IMG/VR virus record: IMGVR_UViG_2728369188_000005
Length of the DNA: 32,285 bases
Origin: a virus
Lineage: Duplodnaviria > Heunggongvirae > Uroviricota > Caudoviricetes
Direction: 5' to 3' (one strand)
The position numbers and the translations under genes were made by a program. Below are positions 8,593 to 17,803 of this stretch, one piece after another. The notes beneath the pieces were generated by a model. It made no database searches, was not told the DNA's origin, and was given only the letters and a program-made list of their open reading frames with translations. Position 1 is the stretch's first letter. Every line of letters starts with the position of its first letter.

Positions 8593-10087
8593 TCTTTCAC
8601 ACATTATTGCCGCAGCATTCAATGAACCGCTGCTTCTGGAGCCCGCCTATGCGCGGGTTTTCTTTTGCGCGCTCGGGCGCGAGATGGGGGCAGCAAGTCT
8701 TTCGGTACCACAACAGCAGGTACAGCTTGATGCTCCCGGAATGCTGGCTGAAACGGACGAGTACATGGCCGGAGGTAAACGACCGGCCCGTGTTTACCGG
8801 GTGGTGAACGGTATTGCGGTACTGCCGGTGAGCGGCACGCTGGTGCACCGGCTGGGGGGGATGCGGCCATTTTCCGGAATGACAGGCTATGACGGTATTG
8901 TCGCCTGTCTTCAGCTGGCAATGGCGGATAGCCAGGTGCGGGGCGTACTGCTGGACATTGACAGTCCGGGAGGGCAGGCCGCCGGCGCGTTTGACTGCGC
9001 TGACATGATTTACCGCCTCCGTCAGCAGAAGCCGGTCTGGGCACTGTGCAATGACACGGCCTGTTCTGCAGCCATGCTGCTGGCGTCGGCCTGCTCCCGA
9101 CGGCTGGTTACCCAGACATCCCGTATCGGCTCCATTGGCGTGATGATGAGCCATGTCAGCTATGCCGGTCATCTGGCGCAGGCCGGTGTGGATATCACGC
9201 TGATTTATGCCGGGGCGCACAAGGTGGATGGCAATCAGTTTGAAGCGTTGCCGGCAGAGGTTCGCCAGGATATGCAGCAGCGGATTGATGCGGCGCACCG
9301 GATGTTTGCCGAAAAAGTGGCGATGTATACCGGTTTGTCTGTGGATGCGGTCACGGGAACAGAGGCCGCTGTTTTTGAAGGTCAGTCCGGCATTGAGGCC
9401 GGGCTGGCGGATGAATTAATCAATGCGTCGGATGCCATCAGTGTGATGGCCACGGCGCTGAACAGTAATGTCAGAGGAGGCACTATGCCGCAATTAACTG
9501 CAACGGAAGCCGCCGTGCAGGAGAACCAGCGAGTGATGGGGATCCTGACATGCCAGGAAGCGAAAGGACGTGAACAGCTTGCCACGATGCTGGCAGGGCA
9601 ACAGGGCATGAGCGTTGAACAGGCCCGGGCGATTCTGGCCGCGGCGGCACCGCAGCAGCCGGTGGCATCCGCGCAGAGTGAAGCCGATCGCATTATGGCG
9701 TGTGAAGAAGCGAACGGTCGTGAACAACTGGCGGCAACGCTGGCGGCGATGCCGGAGATGACGGTGGAAAAAGCCCGCCCGATCCTGGCGGCTGCACCAC
9801 TGGCGGATGCCGGGCCCTCACTTCGTGATCAGATCATGGCCCTGGATGAGGCAAAAGGGGCAGAAGCGCAGGCTGAAAAACTGGCGGCCTGCCCGGGAAT
9901 GACCGTGGAGAACGCCCGGGCTGTGCTGGCTGCGGGATCAGGTAAGGCCGAACCGGTCTCTGCATCCACAACCGCCCTGTTTGAACATTTCATGGCGAAC
10001 CATTCACCGGCAGCGGTGCGGGGTGGCGTGTCACAGACGTCAGCAGACGGTGATGCGGACGTGAAAATGCTCATGGCCATGCCATGA
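8582..10087 (+). CDS. C: Head maturation protease gpC (S49/ClpP-like) with C-terminal scaffold region, 501 aa
   Basis: N-terminal AFNEPLLLEPAYARVFFCAL and the peptidase core are collinear with lambda gpC. Start is GTG 8582 (no in-frame ATG after the upstream stop at 8543-8545). The C-terminal part holds three imperfect repeats of about 45 aa. Confidence 0.9.
   Translation: MRRNLSHIIAAAFNEPLLLEPAYARVFFCALGREMGAASLSVPQQQVQLDAPGMLAETDEYMAGGKRPARVYRVVNGIAVLPVSGTLVHRLGGMRPFSGMTGYDGIVACLQLAMADSQVRGVLLDIDSPGGQAAGAFDCADMIYRLRQQKPVWALCNDTACSAAMLLASACSRRLVTQTSRIGSIGVMMSHVSYAGHLAQAGVDITLIYAGAHKVDGNQFEALPAEVRQDMQQRIDAAHRMFAEKVAMYTGLSVDAVTGTEAAVFEGQSGIEAGLADELINASDAISVMATALNSNVRGGTMPQLTATEAAVQENQRVMGILTCQEAKGREQLATMLAGQQGMSVEQARAILAAAAPQQPVASAQSEADRIMACEEANGREQLAATLAAMPEMTVEKARPILAAAPLADAGPSLRDQIMALDEAKGAEAQAEKLAACPGMTVENARAVLAAGSGKAEPVSASTTALFEHFMANHSPAAVRGGVSQTSADGDADVKMLMAMP
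9485..10087 (+). CDS. Nu3: Scaffold protein gpNu3, nested in-frame in the 3-prime part of C, 200 aa
   Basis: In-frame ATG 9485 is preceded by a perfect AGGAGG (9475-9480) with 4-nt spacing. Lambda Nu3 is likewise an in-frame internal start within C, of about 201 aa by my recollection. Confidence 0.65.
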   Translation: MPQLTATEAAVQENQRVMGILTCQEAKGREQLATMLAGQQGMSVEQARAILAAAAPQQPVASAQSEADRIMACEEANGREQLAATLAAMPEMTVEKARPILAAAPLADAGPSLRDQIMALDEAKGAEAQAEKLAACPGMTVENARAVLAAGSGKAEPVSASTTALFEHFMANHSPAAVRGGVSQTSADGDADVKMLMAMP

Positions 10088-10123
10088 AGTCAGTGCTGAC
10101 CATCAATATGAGGTTTTAACAAA

Positions 10124-10471
10124 ATGGTGACGAAAACCATCACTGAACAGCGTGCGGAAGTACGTATTTTTGCTGGTAATGATCCGGCTCATACCGCCAC
10201 AGGCAGCAGCGGGATTTCTTCTGCAACACCGGCTCTGACGCCCCTGATGCTGGATGAAGCCACCGGGAAACTGGTGGTCTGGGATGGACAGAAAGCCGGT
10301 AGTGCGGTTGGCATACTGGTACTGCCGCTTGAAGGCACAGAGACGGTGCTGACCTATTACAAGTCGGGGACCTTTGCGACGGAGGCAATCCGCTGGCCTG
10401 ACAGTGTGGATGAACACAAAAAGGCAAATGCCTTTGCCGGCACAGCCCTGAGTCACGCGGCTCTGCCATAA
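10124..10471 (+). CDS. D: Head decoration protein gpD, 115 aa
   Basis: NDPAHTATGSSG...TPLMLDEATGKLVVWDG...YYKSGTF...AFAGTA matches lambda gpD. Confidence 0.95.
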   Translation: MVTKTITEQRAEVRIFAGNDPAHTATGSSGISSATPALTPLMLDEATGKLVVWDGQKAGSAVGILVLPLEGTETVLTYYKSGTFATEAIRWPDSVDEHKKANAFAGTALSHAALP

Positions 10472-10528
10472 CACGTTATCAGGCCACCATGGTGGCCTGA
10501 CTGATTTCTGAATGAAAGGAACTGATTT

Positions 10529-11557
10529 ATGGGATTGTTTACGACCCGCCAGTTACTCGGTTATACCGAACAAAAAGTGAAATTCCGTGCGCTGTTTCTG
10601 GAGCTGTTTTTCCGCCGGACGGTGAATTTCCATACCGAAGAAGTGATGCTGGACAAAATTACCGGAAAAACGCCGGTGGCGGCCTATGTCTCCCCGATCG
10701 TTGAAGGAAAAGTGCTGCGCCATCGTGGTGGTGAAACCCGCGTGTTGCGTCCGGGCTACGTCAAGCCGAAACACGAATTTAATTACCAGCAGGCGGTTGA
10801 GCGCCTTCCCGGTGAAGATCCGGCTCAGCTGAACGACCCGGCCTACCGTCGTCTGCGTATCATCACTGATAACCTCAAACAGGAAGAGCACGCTATTGTG
10901 CAGGTGGAAGAAATGCAGGCGGTGAATGCCGTGCTGTATGGCAAATATACGATGGAAGGAGACCAGTTCGAGAAAATTGAAGTCGATTTTGGCCGATCGA
11001 CGAAGAATAACATCATACAAGGTAGCGGTAAGGAGTGGTCAAAACAGGATCGTGACACGTTCGACCCGACATATGATATCGACCTTTTCTGTGATCAGGC
11101 CAGTGGTCTTGTGAATATTGCCATTATGGACGGTACCGTCTGGCGTCTGCTGAATGGCTTTAAGCTTTTCCGCGAAAAAATGGATACCCGTCGCGGTTCA
11201 AATTCACAACTCGAAACGGCAGTGAAAGATCTGGGCGCAGTGGTATCCTTCAAGGGGTATTACGGCGATCTGGCCATTGTGGTGGCGAAAACGTCTTATG
11301 TGGCAGAGGACGGTACCGAAAAACGTTATCTGCCGGAGGGCACGCTGGTGCTGGGGAATACGGCAGCAGAGGGGATTCGTTGCTATGGAGCCATTAAGGA
11401 TGCACAGGCGTTGTCTGAAGGAGTGGTGGCTTCTTCCCGTTACCCGAAACACTGGCTGACCGTGGGCGATCCGTCCTGTGAATTCACCATGACGCAGTCC
11501 GCGCCGCTGATGGTGCTGCCGGATCCGGATGAGTTTGTGGTGGTACAGGTGAAATAA
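10529..11557 (+). CDS. E: Major capsid protein gpE, 342 aa
   Basis: Collinear with lambda gpE (YVSPIVEGKVLRHRGGE..., GYVKPKHEFN..., EEMQAVNAVLYGKYTM..., C-terminal SAPLMVLPDPDEFVVVQV). Confidence 0.95.
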   Translation: MGLFTTRQLLGYTEQKVKFRALFLELFFRRTVNFHTEEVMLDKITGKTPVAAYVSPIVEGKVLRHRGGETRVLRPGYVKPKHEFNYQQAVERLPGEDPAQLNDPAYRRLRIITDNLKQEEHAIVQVEEMQAVNAVLYGKYTMEGDQFEKIEVDFGRSTKNNIIQGSGKEWSKQDRDTFDPTYDIDLFCDQASGLVNIAIMDGTVWRLLNGFKLFREKMDTRRGSNSQLETAVKDLGAVVSFKGYYGDLAIVVAKTSYVAEDGTEKRYLPEGTLVLGNTAAEGIRCYGAIKDAQALSEGVVASSRYPKHWLTVGDPSCEFTMTQSAPLMVLPDPDEFVVVQVK

Positions 11558-11565
11558 TCCGTGAG

Positions 11566-11593
11566 CGGGGGCGAAATGCCCCCGTGTTTTTTT
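11566..11593 (+). terminator. Intrinsic terminator-like hairpin between E and FI
   Basis: CGGGGGC(11566-11572), loop GAAAT, GCCCCCG(11578-11584), then TGTTTTTTT(11585-11593), immediately after the E stop. Confidence 0.6.
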
Positions 11594-11608
11594 CACAGGG
11601 AGCTGGAT

Positions 11609-11977
11609 ATGGCAACAAAAGAAGAAAATCAGAAACGTCTTCGTGAACTGGCTGGTCTGCTGGGGCGCGAGGCGGATATGTCGGGGAGTGCTGCGGATAT
11701 CGCACAGCGTGTGGCAGAGTGGGAAGAGGAGGTTTGCGCCTCGGAAAATGAAATCGCAGATGTTGATGATACCGTTCATGAGCAGGCATGCAGGCACACC
11801 GGTGAGGATGACGTTGGTATTCTGGAACGTATCAGGCTTCTGAAGTGTTTTTACCTGTGCGGTGTTGACGATGAAACAGGTGGGCCTGTTGAGCATGTTG
11901 ATGCTGGCAGAGTAATTCTGATGCCCCCCTCAGTGGCAAAAGACATGGTCAGGAGCGGAGTGGCCGTTTATGCGTGA
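11609..11977 (+). CDS. FI: DNA packaging protein gpFI, about 122 aa
   Basis: MATKEENQKRLRELAGLLGREADMSG... is lambda FI-like. ATG 11609 is preceded by AGGGAG (11597-11602); the ORF track's upstream extension from 11561 overlaps the terminator hairpin. Confidence 0.85.
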   Translation: MATKEENQKRLRELAGLLGREADMSGSAADIAQRVAEWEEEVCASENEIADVDDTVHEQACRHTGEDDVGILERIRLLKCFYLCGVDDETGGPVEHVDAGRVILMPPSVAKDMVRSGVAVYA

Positions 11978-12323
11978 TTTTGAGAATTCCTTTGATGCTG
12001 CCCTCGCCGGGGTAGACAGTACGATCGTTGAAGTGATGGGACTCTGTGCGCAGTTCACCTCGGGGGCACAGTGTGGCAGCGAAGTTCAGGGGGTTTTTGA
12101 CGATCCGGAGTCGCTGGGGGTTGCCGGTGGCGGGGTCCGTATTGAAGGAAGCTGCCCGTCATTATTTGTGCGGACGGATACGGTTCGTGCCGTGCGGCGT
12201 GGTGACACGCTGACCATTAATGGTGAGACATTCTGGGTGGATCGTGTTTCTCCGGATGACGGGGGCAGCTGTTATCTCTGGCTCAACCGTGGGCAACCAC
12301 CCGCAGTTAACCGGCGACGATAA
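11970..12323 (+). CDS. FII: Head-tail connector protein gpFII, 117 aa
   Basis: Same length as lambda FII, with conserved GVFDDPE...SLFVRTD...RRGDTLTI...FWVDRVSPDDGGSC and C-terminal PPAVNRRR. Confidence 0.95.
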   Translation: MRDFENSFDAALAGVDSTIVEVMGLCAQFTSGAQCGSEVQGVFDDPESLGVAGGGVRIEGSCPSLFVRTDTVRAVRRGDTLTINGETFWVDRVSPDDGGSCYLWLNRGQPPAVNRRR

Positions 12324-12337
12324 ACGCAGGGTGAATT

Positions 12338-12913
12338 ATGGCGATAAAAGGGCTTGATCAGGCGATTGACAATCTGAGCCGGGTTCGTAAAAACGCCATT
12401 CCGGCTGCTTCTGCAATGACCATTAACCGCGTGGCCATAACGGCGATTAATCAGTCTTCGTCACAGGTTGCCCGGGAAACCAGGGTGAGACGGAAACTGG
12501 TAAAGGAACGGTCCAGACTGAAACGGGCGACGGTCAGAAATCCGAATGCCAGAATTATCGTTAACCGCGGTGATCTCCCTGTGATTAAGCTGGGGATCAG
12601 AATGCTGGGGCGTCGTCCGGACAGCATACTCAAAGCCGGTCAGCATCGTTATCAGCGGGCATTTATCCAGCGATTAAATAATGGGCGCTGGCATGTTATG
12701 CAACGTCTTCCCCAGGCCAGATATGAGGAGGGCAATGACGACAAGGGAAGGAAAAAGCGTAATCGCCTTCCCATTCAGGTGGTGAAAATCCCGATGGCGG
12801 CCCCACTGAAACAGGCATTTGATGAGAATGTTGACCGTATCCGGCGTGAACGCCTGCCTAAAGAACTGGCATACGCGCTGAAACAACAACTGAGGATTGC
12901 GATAAAACGATGA
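12338..12913 (+). CDS. Z: Tail completion protein gpZ, 191 aa
   Basis: Lambda Z-like in size and sequence (MAIKGLDQAIDNL...); next in lambda order. Confidence 0.95.
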   Translation: MAIKGLDQAIDNLSRVRKNAIPAASAMTINRVAITAINQSSSQVARETRVRRKLVKERSRLKRATVRNPNARIIVNRGDLPVIKLGIRMLGRRPDSILKAGQHRYQRAFIQRLNNGRWHVMQRLPQARYEEGNDDKGRKKRNRLPIQVVKIPMAAPLKQAFDENVDRIRRERLPKELAYALKQQLRIAIKR

Positions 12914-13305
12914 AACACACTGATATTCGTGCCGCAGTGCTGGATGCACTCGAGCAGCATGAACACGGGGCGACGCTGTTTGATGGTCGCCCCGTTGTTT
13001 TTGACGAAGAGGATTTTCCTGCGATCGCGGTTTATCTGACGGATGCAGAGTATACCGGTGAAGAGCTGGATGCAGATACCTGGCGGGCCACGCTGCATAT
13101 TGAGGTGTTTTTACCGGCACAGGTACCGGATTCAGAGCTTGATCAGTGGATGGAAAGCCGGATTTACCCGGCGATGACCGCGATCCCGGCACTGGCAGGA
13201 CTGATTACCACGATGGTTACGCAGGGCTATGAGTATCGTCGTGATGACGATATGGCGTTATGGAGTTCTGCAGATCTGACTTATTCCATTACATACGAGA
13301 TGTGA
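12910..13305 (+). CDS. U: Tail terminator protein gpU, 131 aa
   Basis: Same 131-aa length as lambda U; ATGA overlap with Z. Confidence 0.95.
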   Translation: MKHTDIRAAVLDALEQHEHGATLFDGRPVVFDEEDFPAIAVYLTDAEYTGEELDADTWRATLHIEVFLPAQVPDSELDQWMESRIYPAMTAIPALAGLITTMVTQGYEYRRDDDMALWSSADLTYSITYEM

Positions 13306-13312
13306 GGACGAT

Positions 13313-14065
13313 ATGGCAACACCAAATCCCCTTGAGCCGGTAAAAGGTGCCGGTACCACTCTGTGGGTTTACAACGGCAAGGCTGATGCTTACGCAAACC
13401 CGTTGTCAGACGATGACTGGCAGCGACTGGCTAAGGTGAAGGATCTGACGCCGGGCGAGATGACGGCAGAATCCTACGATGATAACTACCTGGATGATGA
13501 AGACGCGGACTGGACCGCGACCGGGCAGGGGCAGAAATCTGCAGGTGATACCAGTTTTACACTGGCCTGGAAACCGGGAGAGGAAGGCCAGAAAGGGCTT
13601 ATAGGCTGGTTTGAAAGCGGCGATGTCCGGGCCTATAAAATCCGTTTTCCGAATGGCACGGTGGATGTGTTTCGTGGCTGGGTCAGCAGTATCGGTAAGG
13701 CCGTGACGGCGAAAGAAGTGATCACCCGCACGGTGAAAGTCACTAACGTGGGTAAACCTTCTGTAGCGGAAGAACGCAGCAAAATTACGCCGGTCAGTGC
13801 GATTAAGGTGACGCCGACATCCGGTACGGTAGCAAAAGGGAAAACAACCACCCTGACGGTTTCTTTTGAGCCGGAAAGTGCAACCGACAAGACGTTCAGA
13901 GCGGTTTCCGCCGATCCGTCGAAAGCCACCATTAGTGTGAAAGATATGACAATTACGGTAAACGGCGTGGCGACAGGTAAGGTGCAGATCCCTGTGGTGA
14001 GCGGAAATGGTCAGTTCGCCGCAGTGGCTGAAGTCACCGTTACTGAAGCGGGCGCTGCAGGGTAA
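13313..14065 (+). CDS. V: Major tail tube protein gpV with C-terminal Ig-like domain, 250 aa
   Basis: Lambda V-like N-terminal tube domain; the C-terminal region ([30 protein letters not shown]...) looks like a bacterial Ig-like (Big_2) domain. Confidence 0.95.
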   Translation: MATPNPLEPVKGAGTTLWVYNGKADAYANPLSDDDWQRLAKVKDLTPGEMTAESYDDNYLDDEDADWTATGQGQKSAGDTSFTLAWKPGEEGQKGLIGWFESGDVRAYKIRFPNGTVDVFRGWVSSIGKAVTAKEVITRTVKVTNVGKPSVAEERSKITPVSAIKVTPTSGTVAKGKTTTLTVSFEPESATDKTFRAVSADPSKATISVKDMTITVNGVATGKVQIPVVSGNGQFAAVAEVTVTEAGAAG

Positions 14066-14078
14066 ACGGAGGTAATAC

Positions 14079-14510
14079 ATGTTTCTGAAAACAGAACAAT
14101 TTGAATATAACGGTGTGTCTGTCACGCTTTCCGAATTGTCTGCGCTGCAGCGTATCGAGCATCTTGCCCTCCTGAAACGGCGTGCAGAACAGGAAGAATC
14201 CTGCGGCAACCTGCAGGTAAGCGTGGAAGATCTCGTCAGAACCGGCGCGTTTCTGGTGGCGATGTCCCTGTGGCATAACCATCCACAGAAAACGCAGTCA
14301 CCGTCAATGAATGAGGCCGTGATGAAGATAGAGCAGGAAGTGCTCACCACCTGGCCTGCCGATGCCATTGCCCGGGCGGAAGACGTGGTGTTGTGCCTGT
14401 CCGGGATGATCGAAGCTGTTCGTCCGGATACTGATATTACTGAAGTGGCGAAAAATAACACGCTGACTGATGATGATTTTTCTGCGGGAAAGTCTTCGAC
14501 GGCGAGCTGA
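14079..14510 (+). CDS. G: Tail assembly chaperone gpG, 143 aa
   Basis: Lambda G-like; contains the slippery heptamer G GGA AAG at 14486-14492 near its 3-prime end. Confidence 0.9.
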   Translation: MFLKTEQFEYNGVSVTLSELSALQRIEHLALLKRRAEQEESCGNLQVSVEDLVRTGAFLVAMSLWHNHPQKTQSPSMNEAVMKIEQEVLTTWPADAIARAEDVVLCLSGMIEAVRPDTDITEVAKNNTLTDDDFSAGKSSTAS

Positions 14511-14950
14511 ACTTTGCCCTCAGACTGGCGCGTGAGATGGGGAGACCCGACTGGCGCGCCATGCTTGCCGGGATGACATCCACCGAATATGCCGACTGGC
14601 ACCGTTTTTACCGCACGCATTATTTTCAGGATACCCAGCTGGATATGCATTTTTCCGGGCTGACGTACGCTGTACTCAGCCTGTTTTTTTGCGATCCGGA
14701 TATGCATCCCTCTGATTTCAGTCTGCTTGTCCCCCGGCATGAGGAAGAGCAGGTGGAGAGGCCGGATGAGGACAAAATGCTGATGCAGAAAGCGGCAGGA
14801 CTTGCCGGAGGCGTCCGGTTCGGTGGGGACGGAGGGCGCGATATTTTATCGTCTGCGGATGTGGCGGATGTCATGGTGGATGATGCCGCATTAATGATGG
14901 CTTCAGCGGGGATTCCGGGAGGTGTGAGATATGTCCCAGCCGGTTGGTGA
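14079..14950 (+). CDS. T: gpGT fusion made by -1 programmed ribosomal frameshift at GGGAAAG (14486-14492)
   Basis: After a -1 shift at 14486-14492 the frame reads GKVFDGELNFALRLAREMGRPDWRAMLAGMTSTEYADW... with no stop until 14950, collinear with the lambda gpT portion. Frame arithmetic: G codons start at positions with remainder 0 mod 3, T codons at remainder 2. Confidence 0.8.
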
Positions 14951-17477
14951 TCTTGTTATTGACCTGAGTCTGGATGCTGTCCGTTTCGATGAGCAGATGA
15001 GCCGGGTAAGGCGTCATTTTTCAGGTCTGGATACCGACGCCAGAAAAACCGCCAGTGCTGTTGAACAGGGCCTGAGCCGCCAGGCGCTGGCTGCACAAAA
15101 AGCCGGGATTTCCGTCGGGCAGTATAAAGCGGCCATGCGAACCCTGCCCGCACAGTTTACGGATATCGCCACGCAGCTTGCAGGTGGTCAGAATCCCTGG
15201 CTGATCCTGCTGCAACAGGGCGGTCAGGTGAAGGACTCCTTCGGCGGGATGATCCCCATGTTCAGGGGGCTCGCCGGTGCGATCACCCTGCCGATGGTCG
15301 GGGTCACCTCGCTGGCGGTGGCGACAGGTGCGCTGGTGTACGCCTGGTACCAGGGAGATTCCACGCTTTCAGCGTTTAATAAAACCCTGGTTCTTTCCGG
15401 TAATCAGTCCGGACTGACTGCCGATCGTATGCTGACTCTCTCAAGAGCCGGGCAGGCAGCAGGACTGACGTTTAACCAGGCGAGAGAGTCACTGGCAGCC
15501 CTGGTGAATGCCGGTGTGCGTGGTGGTGAACAGTTTGATGCCATCAACCAGAGTGTCGCGCGTTTTGCGTCTGCATCCGGTGTGGAGGTGGATAAAGTCG
15601 CTGAAGCCTTCGGGAAGCTGACCACTGACCCGACGTCGGGACTGATGGCGATGGCGCGCCAGTTCCGTAACGTGACGGCAGAGCAGATTGCGTATGTTGC
15701 ACAGCTGCAGCGTTCCGGAGACGAGGCCGGGGCATTGCAGGCGGCGAACGATATCGCCACGAAAGGCTTTGATGAGCAGACCCGTCGCCTGAAAGAAAAC
15801 ATGGGAACACTGGAGACCTGGGCGGATAAAACAGGGAAGGCATTCAAATCGATGTGGGATGCCATTCTGGATATCGGTCGTCCGGAATCCTCAGCGGATA
15901 TGCTCGCCAGTGCGCAGAAGGCATTTGATGAGGCGGATAAAAAATGGCAGTGGTACCAGAGCCGGAGCCAGCGCCGGGGAAAGACCTCCTCTTTTCGTGC
16001 GAACCTTCAGGGGGCATGGGATGACCGGGAAAATGCCCGTCTGGGTCTGGCAGCGGCCACGCTGCAGTCGGATATGGAAAAAGCCGGTGAACTGGCGGCA
16101 AGGGACCGGGCTGAGCGTGAGGCGTCACAGCTGAAGTATACCGGAGAGGCGCAGAAGGCGTATGAGCGCCTGCAGACGCCGCTGGATAAATATACCGCCC
16201 GTCAGAAAGAGCTGAATAAGGCCCTGAAAGACGGAAAAATCCTGCAGGCGGATTACAACACGCTGATGGCGTCGGCAAAAAAGGATTATGAATCGACGCT
16301 GAAAAAGCCGTCAGGTGTGAAGGTGTCTGCCGGTGAGCGCCAGGAAGACCGGGCGCATGCAGCCATGCTGGCGCTTGAAACCGAGCTCAGGACGCTGGAA
16401 AAACACAGCGGTGTGAATGAGAAAATCAGCCGGCAGCGCCGGGATTTATGGGAAGCGGAAAATCAGTATGTGGTCCTGAAAGAGGCCGCCACGAAACGGC
16501 AGTTATCTGAGCAGGAAAAATCCCTGCTGGCCCATGAGAAAGAAACGCTGGAGTACAAACGCCAGCTGGCTGAGCTGGGCGACAAGATTGAACACCAGAA
16601 ACGGCTGAATGAGCTGGCACAGCAGGCGGCGCGGTTTGAACAGCAGCAGAGCGCGAAGCAGGCGGCAATCAGCGCAAAAGCCCGCGGACTCACCGACCGT
16701 CAGGCGCAGCGGGAGTCGGAAGAGCAGCGCCTTCGTGAGGTGTACGGTGATAATCCGGCTGCGCTGGCGAAGGCCACATCTGCACTGAAGAACACCTGGT
16801 CTGCGGAGGAGCAGCTTCGTGGAAGCTGGATGGCCGGGATGAAGTCCGGCTGGGGCGAGTGGGCGGAAAGTGCGACGGACAGTTTTTCGCAGGTTAAAAA
16901 CGCGGCCACGCAGACCTTTGACGGTATTGCACAGAATATGGCAGCGATGCTGACCGGCAGCGAACAGAACTGGCGTGGTTTCACCCGTTCTGTGCTGTCC
17001 ATGCTGACAGAGATTTTTCTGAAGCAGGCGATGGTGGGGATAGTCGGGAGTATCGGCAGCGCATCCGCGTCAGGCGGTACAGCCATTCAGGCTGCGGCGG
17101 CGAACTTCCATTTCGCGACCGGGGGATTTACGGGGACGGGGGGTAAATATGAACCTGCGGGGATTGTTCATCGCGGGGAGTTTGTCTTCACGAAGGAGGC
17201 GACCAGCCGGATTGGTGTCGGCAATCTGTACCGCCTGATGCGGGGCTATGCGGAAGGTGGTTATGTCGGCGGTGCCGGAAGTCCGGCGCAGATGCGGCGG
17301 GCGGAAGGCATTAATTTTAATCAGAACAATCACGTGGTGATTCAGAACGACAGCATCAACGGACAGGCCGGGCCGCAGCTGATGAAAGCGGTGTATGAGA
17401 TGGCCCGTAAAGGTGCGCAGGATGAGCTCCGGCTGCAGTTGCGTGATGGCGGTCTGTTATCGGGGAGCGGGCGATGA
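14931..17477 (+). CDS. H: Tail tape measure protein gpH, 848 aa
   Basis: Length close to lambda H (853 aa); long alpha-helical, Ala/Gln-rich central region; starts within the T 3-prime end. Confidence 0.95.
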   Translation: MSQPVGDLVIDLSLDAVRFDEQMSRVRRHFSGLDTDARKTASAVEQGLSRQALAAQKAGISVGQYKAAMRTLPAQFTDIATQLAGGQNPWLILLQQGGQVKDSFGGMIPMFRGLAGAITLPMVGVTSLAVATGALVYAWYQGDSTLSAFNKTLVLSGNQSGLTADRMLTLSRAGQAAGLTFNQARESLAALVNAGVRGGEQFDAINQSVARFASASGVEVDKVAEAFGKLTTDPTSGLMAMARQFRNVTAEQIAYVAQLQRSGDEAGALQAANDIATKGFDEQTRRLKENMGTLETWADKTGKAFKSMWDAILDIGRPESSADMLASAQKAFDEADKKWQWYQSRSQRRGKTSSFRANLQGAWDDRENARLGLAAATLQSDMEKAGELAARDRAEREASQLKYTGEAQKAYERLQTPLDKYTARQKELNKALKDGKILQADYNTLMASAKKDYESTLKKPSGVKVSAGERQEDRAHAAMLALETELRTLEKHSGVNEKISRQRRDLWEAENQYVVLKEAATKRQLSEQEKSLLAHEKETLEYKRQLAELGDKIEHQKRLNELAQQAARFEQQQSAKQAAISAKARGLTDRQAQRESEEQRLREVYGDNPAALAKATSALKNTWSAEEQLRGSWMAGMKSGWGEWAESATDSFSQVKNAATQTFDGIAQNMAAMLTGSEQNWRGFTRSVLSMLTEIFLKQAMVGIVGSIGSASASGGTAIQAAAANFHFATGGFTGTGGKYEPAGIVHRGEFVFTKEATSRIGVGNLYRLMRGYAEGGYVGGAGSPAQMRRAEGINFNQNNHVVIQNDSINGQAGPQLMKAVYEMARKGAQDELRLQLRDGGLLSGSGR

Positions 17478-17803
17478 AAACATTTCGCTGGAAAGTGAAG
17501 CCTGATATGGAGGTGAACTCGCAGCCATCGGTGCGTGAAGTGCGTTTTGGTGACGGGTACTCACAGCGTATGGCGGCAGGGCTGAATGCTGACCTGAAAA
17601 CATACCGGGTGATGCTTTCCGTGACCCGGGAGGAGGCCCGGCATCTGGAAGCGTTTCTGGCAGAGCACGGTGGCTGGAAGGCATTTTTGTGGAAGCCACC
17701 CTATGCATACCGGCAGATAAAGGTGACCTGTGCCGGGTGGTCTGCGCGGGTCGGGATGTTGCGCGTTAAGTTCAGCGCGGAGTTTAAGCAGGTGGTGAAC
17801 TGA
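17474..17803 (+). CDS. M: Minor tail protein gpM, 109 aa
   Basis: Same 109-aa length as lambda M; ATGA overlap with H. Confidence 0.95.
   Translation: MKTFRWKVKPDMEVNSQPSVREVRFGDGYSQRMAAGLNADLKTYRVMLSVTREEARHLEAFLAEHGGWKAFLWKPPYAYRQIKVTCAGWSARVGMLRVKFSAEFKQVVN

Noticed and set aside
13406-14740. 444-aa ORF on the minus strand antisense to V-G-T
   Set aside because: It overlaps three strongly supported lambda-order genes on the opposite strand, has Arg/Cys/His-rich low-complexity composition, and lacks a ribosome-binding site. It is a typical antisense shadow ORF in GC-rich coding DNA.
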